DNA of 41,924 nt from a virus (Duplodnaviria > Caudoviricetes): the IMG/VR virus record IMGVR_UViG_3300020120_000052, positions 1 to 41,924 of that record, one strand, 5' to 3'. The translations under genes were made by a program, and so were the position numbers. Position 1 is the stretch's first letter. Each line of letters opens with the position of its first letter. A model generated the notes under the pieces. The model ran no database searches. It was given only the letters and a program-made list of their open reading frames with translations, and was not told the origin of the DNA. Shown here piece by piece: positions 9,382 through 18,890 of the stretch.

Positions 9382-11067
9382 TCAAGACGGCATGTAGGGC
9401 GGCCAGACGGCCCCGGGGACGCCGGCCCCGGCTAGCTGGGCGTTGTACGCATTGACCTGGGCGGGCATCGATCCGCTAAGAGCGCCATAGGTGCCAGGCT
9501 GCTGCTGGGCGTATCCGCCAGCTGGCTGCACCGGCACGGCGGGCTGGGCGGGTGCCATCGGCGGCGCCACGCCCATCGGACGGTAGGCCGAGGCCTGGAG
9601 CATCTGGCTGATGTCCATGCCCTGGGCCTGCTGGGGCAGCTGCGGCTGGCCGCTGCCGGCGATTGCGGCGGCCGTGGGCGAGATGTGCGCCAGAGCCTGC
9701 GCCGTGGCCTGCTGGCTGATCTGGTTGAAGTCTGGTGCCTTGAAGGTGAAGGCCTTGGAGTAGTCGATGTCCGGCTGGTTGTTCGAGGGGTTCTTCCACT
9801 GGCCGAGCAGCTGGTTGACCGCGCCGCCGAAGCCTGGCCCGACGGCGTACGGCAGCATCGCCTTCTGGGCGTCCACGGCGGTTGCACCGGCCGTCTGAGC
9901 GGTGGCGTAGTTGGCCCTGGCCTGCTCCTCCTGGAGCCGCTGCTGCTCCTGGCCGACCTGGGTCTGGGCAGCTGCCAGGGTCGTCTTCTGCGGCTCGACG
10001 GTGGCGGTCCACCACTTGTCGAAGTCGGCGGCGGCCTGCTGCGCGGTGTACGTCGCACTGATCTTGCCCTGGAGTTCGTCCCGCTTGGCGGTTGCCTCCT
10101 GTTGCAGCTGGCCGACCCGCGCCGCGACGTCGGCCTGGGTCTTGGGGATGAAGTTCTGATTGATCTGGGGCGTCATCTGCCCCGTGTTCGGGTCCCGCTG
10201 GTAGATGTACAGGCCCTGCTGCGGCTGCTCGGTCGTCGGTGCCTGACCCTGGTGGATCTGTTGCAGGGTCTGTTGGATCGTGGCGTCGCTGACGCCGGCC
10301 CGCTTGAGCGCCTCCACCGTCTGGGCGTCGGTGAGCCGCATCTCGCCAGGCGCCTTCTGCCCAGCGATCTGCGCTGCGGCGGCCAGCGAGCCGGCCTGGG
10401 CGTTGGCCTGGGCCGCCTGAGCCTGGCTTACGCCGATGTCGGACTCGAGTTTTGCGTTGGCGATCTTGATGTTGTTGAGCACCTGCTGCTGCTGGGCAGC
10501 GGTCAGGTTGGTCGTCGCCAACTGCGCCGCAATCTCGGCCGGCGTCTTGGCCATGATCGCCTGGGCCTGGGCGGTGTTCAGGCCAGCGCTGGCCAACGCC
10601 TGGGCGGCATCCGCCTGGGCCTTGGCCTGGGTCGTCGCGTCGATCGTGCGAGAGATCCACGGGCCGTTGGGGTTGGACGGGTCTGGCCCGTAGACGGTGC
10701 CGCCGATGACGGTGGTTTCCTCGTTGGGCGTCTTGACCACCGGCGTCTTGGGCACTTCACCAGGCCCCTCGGACACCGCCCAGGCCGCGCCCTTACCACT
10801 CGCGGCGGGGTTGTAGGTCAGCTTGATGGTCTGGCTGGCGCCCGTCTTGGGGTCGCTAATAACCATGTTCCAGCCCTTGACGGTGGCCGTTGGCTGACCC
10901 GTGATCGGGTCCATTTGCAGCTGGACGTCGGGGGACGGCTGCTGAGCGATCCAGCCCTCGCGTTGCTGAGCCTTCAGGATCTGCTTCTGCGTCACCTCGT
11001 CCATGGCGATCGTCGGCAGGTTGGGCGTCGAGGCGTTCGTGGCAGCTGGCGCGGCGGGTTGAGTCAT
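9382..11067 (-). CDS. Q/A-rich putative internal virion (DNA ejection) protein, 561 aa
   Basis: GGAGG RBS; long amphipathic Gln/Ala helices; clustered with other ejection-type genes. Confidence 0.65.
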   Translation of the reverse strand: MTQPAAPAATNASTPNLPTIAMDEVTQKQILKAQQREGWIAQQPSPDVQLQMDPITGQPTATVKGWNMVISDPKTGASQTIKLTYNPAASGKGAAWAVSEGPGEVPKTPVVKTPNEETTVIGGTVYGPDPSNPNGPWISRTIDATTQAKAQADAAQALASAGLNTAQAQAIMAKTPAEIAAQLATTNLTAAQQQQVLNNIKIANAKLESDIGVSQAQAAQANAQAGSLAAAAQIAGQKAPGEMRLTDAQTVEALKRAGVSDATIQQTLQQIHQGQAPTTEQPQQGLYIYQRDPNTGQMTPQINQNFIPKTQADVAARVGQLQQEATAKRDELQGKISATYTAQQAAADFDKWWTATVEPQKTTLAAAQTQVGQEQQRLQEEQARANYATAQTAGATAVDAQKAMLPYAVGPGFGGAVNQLLGQWKNPSNNQPDIDYSKAFTFKAPDFNQISQQATAQALAHISPTAAAIAGSGQPQLPQQAQGMDISQMLQASAYRPMGVAPPMAPAQPAVPVQPAGGYAQQQPGTYGALSGSMPAQVNAYNAQLAGAGVPGAVWPPYMPS

Positions 11068-11072
11068 CTACA

Positions 11073-14000
11073 TCACCTCCCTGGGACAGGCGCGTTGCGG
11101 GCAGCGTTCTGGGCGTGCCTCGCTTGACGTTCGGCGGGGGTCAGGTTGCGCAGGATCGTGGCGCCAGCTGCCGCGTGGCCAGCCGAAACGGCGGCGCGCA
11201 GGGCGGCCTGGCGTTGGCTCGGGGTCAGCTGGTTCCAGTCACTCCGACTGGTCGCCCGATCGATGGTCTGACGGATGACCGGCGCGGCCAAGGCGGCGAA
11301 CTGACGCTGCTCGTCCTCGGTCAGGTCCATCGTCTGCCAGGCCTTCGGCGGCGTGTCGATGCCAACGTCGTTTTCGTGCAGCACGCGCAGGTACGGGTCG
11401 TTGCCCTCCATGCCGTAGCTGAGCGGCGAGACGAAGGCGCCCAGGCCCGTCTGGGTCTGCTTGACTGGCGCGCCCCACGTGTCGAGGCGGGGTCGCACGT
11501 TGCCCGACAGGCCAGGGATGGCCGCCTCCATCGCTTCGAGGATGCCGTGCGGGTCGCGCGGGCTGGTGCCCAGCGCTCGATCCAACTGGCGGCCCAGGGC
11601 GCCGTACGGCACGAACTGACTGGCGATCGACTCCAGGAAGTTCTCGCCCTTGCGCTCGGGCTGATTGATCGCGTCGAGCAGGTTGGACATGCTCTGCAAC
11701 ATGGTCGAGTCGACCACGTACCGCCCGAAGCCGCCGACGAAGCGACCCCCAATCGCCGTGGGGTCCATCGGCTGACCGTCGCGAATGGCATCGTGCGTCG
11801 AGGCGGCCAGAGCCAGCGGCACGCCGAGCGGGCCGAGGTTCGAGTACTTGACGTAGGCCGGCCCACCTGGCGTGTCGATCTTGACCGAGTACGGCTGCCA
11901 GCCTGGCGGCAACGTCGAGCGCTCAGAGGGATCGGTGGGCATGGCGCCAGTCAGGTGCCCATTGGCGGCCAGGGCCATGCCCGCGCCCATGATCCCGCTG
12001 CCGACCGTCGCGCGGGCGACGCGATCGGCGAATTCGCCGGTGTCGCCCCTGGCGATCGAACGCGCCGCGCCGAAGTAGCCAGCTGGGGTCATGCCCAGCC
12101 CCTGGGCGGCGACGTTGTACGGCGTGCGCACAAACGGCATGACCAGCGACTGGGCCAGGCCGAGCGGCCCCTGGCGCGACTGGAGCGCCTGCACTGCCCG
12201 ATCGCCGCGTTGCTCCTGCATGACCACCCGCTTGGCCATGTTGTTGGCCTCTTCGACCAGCTGCGGGTAGTCCTCGATGTTGGTGAGAATGTCACGGGCG
12301 CGAGCGGCGCGGTTGGCCCCGGTCAGGCCTTCCTGGGCCGCGCGACGTACCGCCAGGGCGTTGGTGAAGGCGCCTCGCGCGCCGCCTCGGACCAGGGCAT
12401 CGCCAGCCTCCAGGGTGCGCAGTGGACCCTCGGCCAGGAAGTCGATCGCCTTCGAGCCGCTGCCGAAGCCTGGCCGTTGCAGCTGCTCCAGGTAGCGGCT
12501 CGACTCGCCCGGGTTGATGCCCGTGCGCATGATCGTCGCGGCGTCCCTGACGCCACCTCGGAAGCCGTCGCGCAGGCCGCTGACCATGGCGGGTAGCTCG
12601 GCCATGTAGCGCGTCCGCTCGCCGCCGGTCAGGCCGGCCCGAGCGACATCGGCGCCCACGGCCAGCGGATGTGAGGCCAGGGCCAGGCCCAGCTGGCCGA
12701 GGTTGCTGGCGCCCTGGGCGGCGTGCGTCGCCGTGGACGACAACATGCCCGCGTAGCGCAGGATCTGGATGCGATCCCACCAGTTGGGCTTGTGCAGGGC
12801 CTTCAGGAACTTGGCCGCCTCCATCGGGTCCTTGCTGTTCATGGCATCCACCAGGCCCTTGAGCATCTTGTCGCTGACCTCGGAGGAGCCTTCCTTGTCG
12901 CGGAACATGCGCTGCAAGATCAGCTTGGCCATGTTCTCCTGCCGATCGGCGCCGCCCATCTGGGTGTCCCAGGCCTTCTTGAGGCGGGTATGCGCCGAGT
13001 CGGCGGCCTCCTGGGCGGCCTTGCGGTTGCCCTCCAGCCATTGCAGGGCGCCCTGGTCCTCCTGGCTGGTCTGGAGCTTGTTCAGGGCGACGTCGTCAGG
13101 GCTGGCAAAGCGTTTGCCTTCGACGTTGCGGGCGCGCACCTCGGCCCGATCGGCCAGGGTGCTCCACAGGTTCTGGCGGCCCTTGAACACCTTGCGCTCG
13201 GCGGCGAGTTCGTCCTGAAGCGCCGACAACAGCCGCTCGGGCGCGTCGCGGCTCGACAGGGCCTCGGCGCGGGCAGCTGCTCGCTGGGCGCGCTCGGCCT
13301 CGCGCGCGTTCAGGTCGGCGCCCTTCTCGTCCAGCGACATGGCCTGGTACGCCTCAAGCTCGGCGTACGCGCGGTTGATCCTGTCCAGGATGGGCCGCTG
13401 GTCCTTGCTGACCCTGGCATCTGGCGCCACCTGCTTGACCGCCTCCAGCTGCTGGCGGCGCGTCGCCTTGACCTTGTCGGCCAGGTCCTGGATCTTGGCG
13501 TTGCGCTGGTCCGACTCGGCGAGGGCTGCCTCGGCGGCCTTCTGCTCGCGCGGCCCGACCAGGGCCTGGGCCATCTGCTTGTCCAGGGCGAGCTTCTGCT
13601 GGTTCAGCGTGCGACCCGCCGTCGACCCGCCGCCAAGGGCCACGTCTTGCAGCTGGGCGGCCTCCATGGCGGTGTGCAACAGGTCGACCTTCTCCTTGGC
13701 CGTCACCTGGCTCCAGGGCTTATTGGCGATTGCCTGGGACGCCTCCTGCATCTGATCGGCGTAGTACTTGGCCGTGGCGCGCAGCACCAGCTGCTCGGCC
13801 GGGTTCCAGGCCTGGCCGACCTTCGAGTTCAGGAAGTCCTCTTTGGTCAGGCCGACCTGGGGCGCCAGGTCGTTGAGCAGCTGGTCGTGGCTGATCGTGC
13901 CCTGCTGGTAGGCCTGGGCCAGGCCCTTGTTCTCCTCGGCGATGCGCTGCACCGTGGCCGCCAGAGACGGGTCGTCGGCGGCCATCTTGGACAGGTTCGG

Positions 14001-17000
14001 CATCAGCCGCTGGAGTTCGGGGTCGGGTGGGGATGGCGCGGCGCGCTCGGCGCCCTCGAAGGTGCGCATCGGCACCGTGGCCTCGCCGCCAGACGGGATG
14101 CGACCGGTGGCCAGGTTGGTCAGCGGACGGCCACTCGGCCCGTAGATCTGCTGAAGCTCGGGCATCCGCTCGCGGCCGGGGATGATCAAGCCGGCGTCGG
14201 ACTCGGGCGGCTTGCCGAGCAGCCGCCCGTCCTCGTCCACCAGGCGCCCCGCCTCCTCGGCGCCGGTGCCGCGCACCACGCGTCCCGCAGGGTCCAAAAA
14301 AGACCCGAGCTTGGCTCGGGCCTCTTCTTGAGTGAGCGGCTGGACCGTGAGGTCCGCGTCGGTTAGGCCGGCGGCTGCGCCTCGGGCTGCTGCTTCGGGC
14401 GCGACACCGAAACCACGTTCCCCAGCTTGTAGGCCGGATCGTCCGGCGGCGCCGTACCGAGGCTCAAAGCGCGCAAGGATGCCGTCAAAGCTTTCGCTTC
14501 CGACGCTGGCGGCGACGCCGTTGAGGTCTGTAGTTCTGAGTCCTGCGTCACTAAGTACCCCCTGAAGTGCTGCCTCGTAAGCGGGGTCGCCGACGGGTAG
14601 CGCGTGGACCCTGAGTATACCTCCAGGCGCCGCCGAGAACTGGACATTAGCGTCGGATAGAGCTTGCTGGAGTGTGCTAGAGGTTGCCTCGTCCAGGGCC
14701 GCGCCGTCGGGTGTAACAACCTTCCAGCCTGCCAGCTGGCTGCTCTCGGGGCGGAACAGGTGGACGTCCATACTGTCGGCGCCAGAGGCCTTGCCGAGCA
14801 CAGCGCCCGCGTACTGCAACGCATCGACGTTGGCGCCTGGAACCAGGACATGGACCGAGTCGCCGTTCGACTGGACGATATGCGGCATATCGCCGAGGGC
14901 GTCAAACTGCTGGCGTTGCGGGTTCCAGCCCAGCTGACGCGCCGCGTCCTCTCCCAGGACGGTGCTCACCGCCGGCGCCTGAGATTCGGCCTCCAGCTGG
15001 CGCGTCGCCGACGTGACGTAGTTGACCGGCGAGAGACTGGTCTTGCGGCCCTGGCCGGGGTAGACGAGTTCGGCGCGAGCAGATTGACCTGGCTGAGGCC
15101 GATCGATAACCCCGCGCAGCTGCTGTAGCTGGTCGGCGACCTTGCCCGACCTGGTCATCTGCTCCCAGGTACCCGAGGGATTGTCGTAGACGCCATACTT
15201 CTGGCCGGCGTTGATCACGTCGCGCAAGCTGCCCTTACCCGTCCTGAAGGCATCCAGGGCTGCCTTGAGTTCGGGCGGGGGCGCGACCACCTTCTGGCCC
15301 TTCACGTAGCTGGAAACGGCCGGATAGACCACGTCCCAGGGCGCCTTGATCGAAAACCACCCCGCCGCCTGAGCTTGCTTCGGGCTTAGCCCAAGCTCGC
15401 CGGCCAGGTGATCCATAACTGCACGGCTGGCGCGATAGGCCGCATCACTGCCAGCTGGGCCTGGCGATTGGCCCGCGTTGTGATAACCGAGCAGGCGCCA
15501 CATCCAGGTGTCGATGGTGCTATTCGGATCGAAGTGGTTGGCCAGAGCCGAGATGATGTTCTGGGCGTAGCTGGGACTCTTGGCGCTGCTGGCAATGTTG
15601 ACGGCACCCTTGTTGTAGACATCGGCGACCTTGTTGACCATGTCGTCGGTGAGCGCCCACTTCTCGGGTAGCCCCTGGGCGTTGAAGGTCGGGTTACGGG
15701 CCGTCCAGGCCCTGATGGCATCGCGCGTGAACGGCGTGCCCTGCTGGTCGAACTCGCGCGCCATACGCATCAAGCCGAGGGTGTAGGCCAGGTTGTTCTC
15801 GACAGTGTTGCGCGAGGTGATGCCAAACAGGGCCGCGAACTCGGGGATGTTGTGGGTGCCAACCGTATCCGCCACCCCCTTGGCGAAGTTCGAGTACCAG
15901 TGCGCCTGGTTCATGCCGACGTCGATGCCAGCCCGCACGTCGTCCAGCGAGGTCGGCACGCCGTACAGGGCGTTCGGCACCAACTGCTTGGTCTTGGGGC
16001 TGGGAACCATAGATAGGTTTGGCATGCCCGGCAGCTGGCTCAATTCGTCCGGGCCAAGCCGTGCCACACCCTGCGGGTCAGCGGCTGCCGCTCGCAGCAA
16101 TGCCTCGCGCGCAACACGCTCTGGCGTGCCTGCCTGAAAGTCGTAGGACGGCGTACCCAGGCCGCCCTCGCCGATCGGGGTGCGCACGGGACCCTGGCCG
16201 GCACCAGCCAGGCGTTGCAGCACCGACAGCGCATCGGCATTCCCACCAGGGCCGACGTAGGCTCCAGCTGGCTGGAAGGCGGGGGTCCTGGTGACGCGAG
16301 CGTTCTCCTCGGGACTCAGAGTGCGCATCAGATCGGACCCCGGAGTGCGCGCCTCGGAACGGATGGCATCGATGATGGCCGGCGCCGCCCGCTTGGCCAG
16401 CGCAGCCGCCAGGTGGCCGCCGCCGCTGAGCAGAACGCCCGAGCCGATGGCCTCGGCGATCGAGGCCGGCGTGGCGTTCGGATCGGAGATGCCCTGGATG
16501 CCACCCCAGGCCGCGCCCTCAAGGGCGGCCTTGGACATGCCCTGCAAGAAGTTGCCAGCCGCCGCCGAAGCCGGACCTTCGCCGAGGCGCACTAGCTCTG
16601 GGGCAGCTGGTGCCAGACGCGCCGCGATACGCCCGACCAGGGCCGCCGAGGCATCCGAGATCGGGCCGCCGAGCAGCCAGGTGGTCGGGTCGGTGGCGAT
16701 GTCCAGGGCCATGTTGCTGGCGGCGGCGATCGGCTTGACGCGGTTGCCCGCGATATCCACCTCGGGGCCAGCGTCGCGCAGCGGATTGGCCCCCTCTACC
16801 GCCTGACGGCGAGCCTCCTGGGCCTGCTGGTAGGCACTCCACAGCGCCGACGGAGTTTGCCTGGCAAGCTCGGCCTGGAGCCGCAAGCCCTCCTGCAAGC
16901 TCAGGTCGCGGATGTCCTTCTGGCCACTCTCGATCTGTTCCTGGATCGAGCCAGGCTCGGGGGCGGTCATCGGGAACTGGGCGCGGCCTGGCGCCGTGCT

Positions 17001-18890
17001 CGGGCTGAGGTCGATGGTGTCCTCGGCGCGCGAGCCAGACCCCGGCTCGATCTTGTTGCGAATAGCGGTGTTCAGCTGGTTGAAGGCGTCGCCAGGGCTG
17101 GTCGGGCCGCTCATCGCGGCGGCCTTGCCGAAGTCGGTGTACTGTGGCGGGCCGCCCTCGGAGCCAGGCGCCAGCCGCTGGAAGCCCTGCTGCTGCTGGT
17201 CGGGCGACTGGCCCAGGGCGCTGAGCATGTCGCGGCCGGTCGAGCCGAGGCTGCTGAGTCCCTGGGTGACGGTGTCGAAGCCGCTCGACAGGGTCTGCTT
17301 GGCTCGATCCAGGAAGCCGCCGGGGTTGCTGCCCTGGTCGGCCGTGCTGGGCGCGGGCACGTTCGGGTTGTCGGCGAACAGCGCGCCCTGGATGGGACCC
17401 ATGACATTCGCCATCTGGGCCGGCGTCATCCACTCCGAGCCAGCCCGCAAGTCGGTGCCCGAACGTCCGACGTGAAACGCTCCGCTGGACGGGTCGTAGC
17501 CGTCGGCGAAGAAGTAGTGGCCGGGCGTGCTGATAGTGACCGGGTTGCCGGTCTGGGCCTCTCTGGCGATGGCCGTGATGTCCGAGCCGACCATCCGCGT
17601 GGGGACGCCCAGCTTGTCCATGAGCGCCTTCTCCGAGCCGAGGCCAGCCATGCCCGAGCCAGGCGTCCAGCCGACGGTGGAGGCCAGGTCGGTGGCCTCG
17701 CGCAAGGTCGGGTTGCGCCCAAACTTCTCGGCGAAGCGGACGGCAGCGGCGGGTCCACAGGCGGCGTAGGCCTCATCGGCGCTCAGCTGCTTGTCGCCGA
17801 ACTGGCTGATGTCGTTGTAGACGCCCTTCTCCAGGCCGCTGCCGACACGGCTCAGGCCTTCGTAGGCCGACACCGGCGCGGCCTGGGGGTTCTGGCCGTT
17901 CAGGATGGTGCTGACGTAGCGCTGCGTCTCTTCGTAGGGCGGCACGCCGCCGTACTTGTCCACGGCGCCTGGCCCGGCGTTGTATGCCGCCAGCGTCTTG
18001 GCCCAGTCGCCGCCGTACTTCTGGAGGTGCTGGGCGTCCATCCGCGCCGCCGCGTCGAGGGCGGCGTACGGGTCGGTCGGGTCGATGCCCAGGCCCTGCG
18101 CGGTGCCTGGCATGAACTGGGCGATGCCCACGGCGCCGGCGCCGGACTTGGCGGCCGGATTGAAGCCTGACTCTTGCTGGATCTGGCGCGTAAAAATGTC
18201 TGGGTCGATACCCGCCTTCTGGGCCGCGTTCCGCGCGTAGGCCTGGAGATCCCCACCCGGCGACGTCTGAGGAGAACTCTGGGAGGGAGGCAGACTAGGC
18301 GCCGCCGGTTGGGGTAGGGAGGGCAGCGACTGGGCGAACTGCTGGATGTCCGCGCCAGCTGCCTTGGCGGCGCCCAGGGCGCTACCGATGATGTTCGGAC
18401 CGGAAGGGTCGAAGGTCTGGGCGAACGTGCTGACGTCGCCACCAGCTGAGCGGACCGCTCCCAGAGCGCCGCCAATCCAGTCGCCGAGCCCCGCCTGCCC
18501 TGGAGGCGAGACAGGCGCCGAGGGGGCTGACGACTGAACTGGGGCTGGAACCGCCGGGGCTGCCGGAGGTGGGGCAGGCGGCGGTTCCGGTGGAGGCTGC
18601 GCATCCGCCGGCGGAGGGGACGGCGTTTGCGCCCATGAGCCTATACGACCGAGCGACTCGTCGGGCGACGGGGGTGGCTGCGGAGCCGGTGGAGGGGGCG
18701 GGGGCTCCGGGGCTGGAGGCGGCTCGGGTGGCGGCGGCAGTGGGGCTGGTGGCGGCGCCAGCGTGGCGATCTTGGCGTTGGTGGCGTGCTCGAAGCTGAA
18801 GCTGTCGATCTTCTGCTGGGAGTCGGCCTTGAACTGATCCGCCTCGTACTGGCGGTACTCGTCCTCGGGGACGTCGGGCAGCCAGGTCAC
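11073..18890 (-). CDS. Giant polyvalent virion protein, 2605 aa: Pro-rich N-terminus, lytic transglycosylase (SLT), C39-like peptidase, HhH-glycosylase-like domain, helical region, LPD38-like C-terminus
   Basis: SLT motifs QESGFNP/GAVGIAQFMPGTA/AAYNAGPG/ETQRYV (~17900-18255); ACGPAAA...GHY...DGYD (~17390-17820); HWY...TIDTWMWR...QAQAAGW (~15340-15930); PFVRTPYN...GWQPYSVKI...YSNLGPLG (~11100-12200). Confidence 0.85.
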   Translation of the reverse strand: MTWLPDVPEDEYRQYEADQFKADSQQKIDSFSFEHATNAKIATLAPPPAPLPPPPEPPPAPEPPPPPPAPQPPPSPDESLGRIGSWAQTPSPPPADAQPPPEPPPAPPPAAPAVPAPVQSSAPSAPVSPPGQAGLGDWIGGALGAVRSAGGDVSTFAQTFDPSGPNIIGSALGAAKAAGADIQQFAQSLPSLPQPAAPSLPPSQSSPQTSPGGDLQAYARNAAQKAGIDPDIFTRQIQQESGFNPAAKSGAGAVGIAQFMPGTAQGLGIDPTDPYAALDAAARMDAQHLQKYGGDWAKTLAAYNAGPGAVDKYGGVPPYEETQRYVSTILNGQNPQAAPVSAYEGLSRVGSGLEKGVYNDISQFGDKQLSADEAYAACGPAAAVRFAEKFGRNPTLREATDLASTVGWTPGSGMAGLGSEKALMDKLGVPTRMVGSDITAIAREAQTGNPVTISTPGHYFFADGYDPSSGAFHVGRSGTDLRAGSEWMTPAQMANVMGPIQGALFADNPNVPAPSTADQGSNPGGFLDRAKQTLSSGFDTVTQGLSSLGSTGRDMLSALGQSPDQQQQGFQRLAPGSEGGPPQYTDFGKAAAMSGPTSPGDAFNQLNTAIRNKIEPGSGSRAEDTIDLSPSTAPGRAQFPMTAPEPGSIQEQIESGQKDIRDLSLQEGLRLQAELARQTPSALWSAYQQAQEARRQAVEGANPLRDAGPEVDIAGNRVKPIAAASNMALDIATDPTTWLLGGPISDASAALVGRIAARLAPAAPELVRLGEGPASAAAGNFLQGMSKAALEGAAWGGIQGISDPNATPASIAEAIGSGVLLSGGGHLAAALAKRAAPAIIDAIRSEARTPGSDLMRTLSPEENARVTRTPAFQPAGAYVGPGGNADALSVLQRLAGAGQGPVRTPIGEGGLGTPSYDFQAGTPERVAREALLRAAAADPQGVARLGPDELSQLPGMPNLSMVPSPKTKQLVPNALYGVPTSLDDVRAGIDVGMNQAHWYSNFAKGVADTVGTHNIPEFAALFGITSRNTVENNLAYTLGLMRMAREFDQQGTPFTRDAIRAWTARNPTFNAQGLPEKWALTDDMVNKVADVYNKGAVNIASSAKSPSYAQNIISALANHFDPNSTIDTWMWRLLGYHNAGQSPGPAGSDAAYRASRAVMDHLAGELGLSPKQAQAAGWFSIKAPWDVVYPAVSSYVKGQKVVAPPPELKAALDAFRTGKGSLRDVINAGQKYGVYDNPSGTWEQMTRSGKVADQLQQLRGVIDRPQPGQSARAELVYPGQGRKTSLSPVNYVTSATRQLEAESQAPAVSTVLGEDAARQLGWNPQRQQFDALGDMPHIVQSNGDSVHVLVPGANVDALQYAGAVLGKASGADSMDVHLFRPESSQLAGWKVVTPDGAALDEATSSTLQQALSDANVQFSAAPGGILRVHALPVGDPAYEAALQGVLSDAGLRTTDLNGVAASVGSESFDGILARFEPRYGAAGRSGLQAGERGFGVAPEAAARGAAAGLTDADLTVQPLTQEEARAKLGSFLDPAGRVVRGTGAEEAGRLVDEDGRLLGKPPESDAGLIIPGRERMPELQQIYGPSGRPLTNLATGRIPSGGEATVPMRTFEGAERAAPSPPDPELQRLMPNLSKMAADDPSLAATVQRIAEENKGLAQAYQQGTISHDQLLNDLAPQVGLTKEDFLNSKVGQAWNPAEQLVLRATAKYYADQMQEASQAIANKPWSQVTAKEKVDLLHTAMEAAQLQDVALGGGSTAGRTLNQQKLALDKQMAQALVGPREQKAAEAALAESDQRNAKIQDLADKVKATRRQQLEAVKQVAPDARVSKDQRPILDRINRAYAELEAYQAMSLDEKGADLNAREAERAQRAAARAEALSSRDAPERLLSALQDELAAERKVFKGRQNLWSTLADRAEVRARNVEGKRFASPDDVALNKLQTSQEDQGALQWLEGNRKAAQEAADSAHTRLKKAWDTQMGGADRQENMAKLILQRMFRDKEGSSEVSDKMLKGLVDAMNSKDPMEAAKFLKALHKPNWWDRIQILRYAGMLSSTATHAAQGASNLGQLGLALASHPLAVGADVARAGLTGGERTRYMAELPAMVSGLRDGFRGGVRDAATIMRTGINPGESSRYLEQLQRPGFGSGSKAIDFLAEGPLRTLEAGDALVRGGARGAFTNALAVRRAAQEGLTGANRAARARDILTNIEDYPQLVEEANNMAKRVVMQEQRGDRAVQALQSRQGPLGLAQSLVMPFVRTPYNVAAQGLGMTPAGYFGAARSIARGDTGEFADRVARATVGSGIMGAGMALAANGHLTGAMPTDPSERSTLPPGWQPYSVKIDTPGGPAYVKYSNLGPLGVPLALAASTHDAIRDGQPMDPTAIGGRFVGGFGRYVVDSTMLQSMSNLLDAINQPERKGENFLESIASQFVPYGALGRQLDRALGTSPRDPHGILEAMEAAIPGLSGNVRPRLDTWGAPVKQTQTGLGAFVSPLSYGMEGNDPYLRVLHENDVGIDTPPKAWQTMDLTEDEQRQFAALAAPVIRQTIDRATSRSDWNQLTPSQRQAALRAAVSAGHAAAGATILRNLTPAERQARHAQNAARNAPVPGR

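Noticed and set aside
11073-18890. Tape measure protein or virion RNA polymerase call for the giant ORF
   Set aside because: It lies upstream of scaffold/capsid with no tail tube or chaperone genes, and no polymerase catalytic motifs were recognised.
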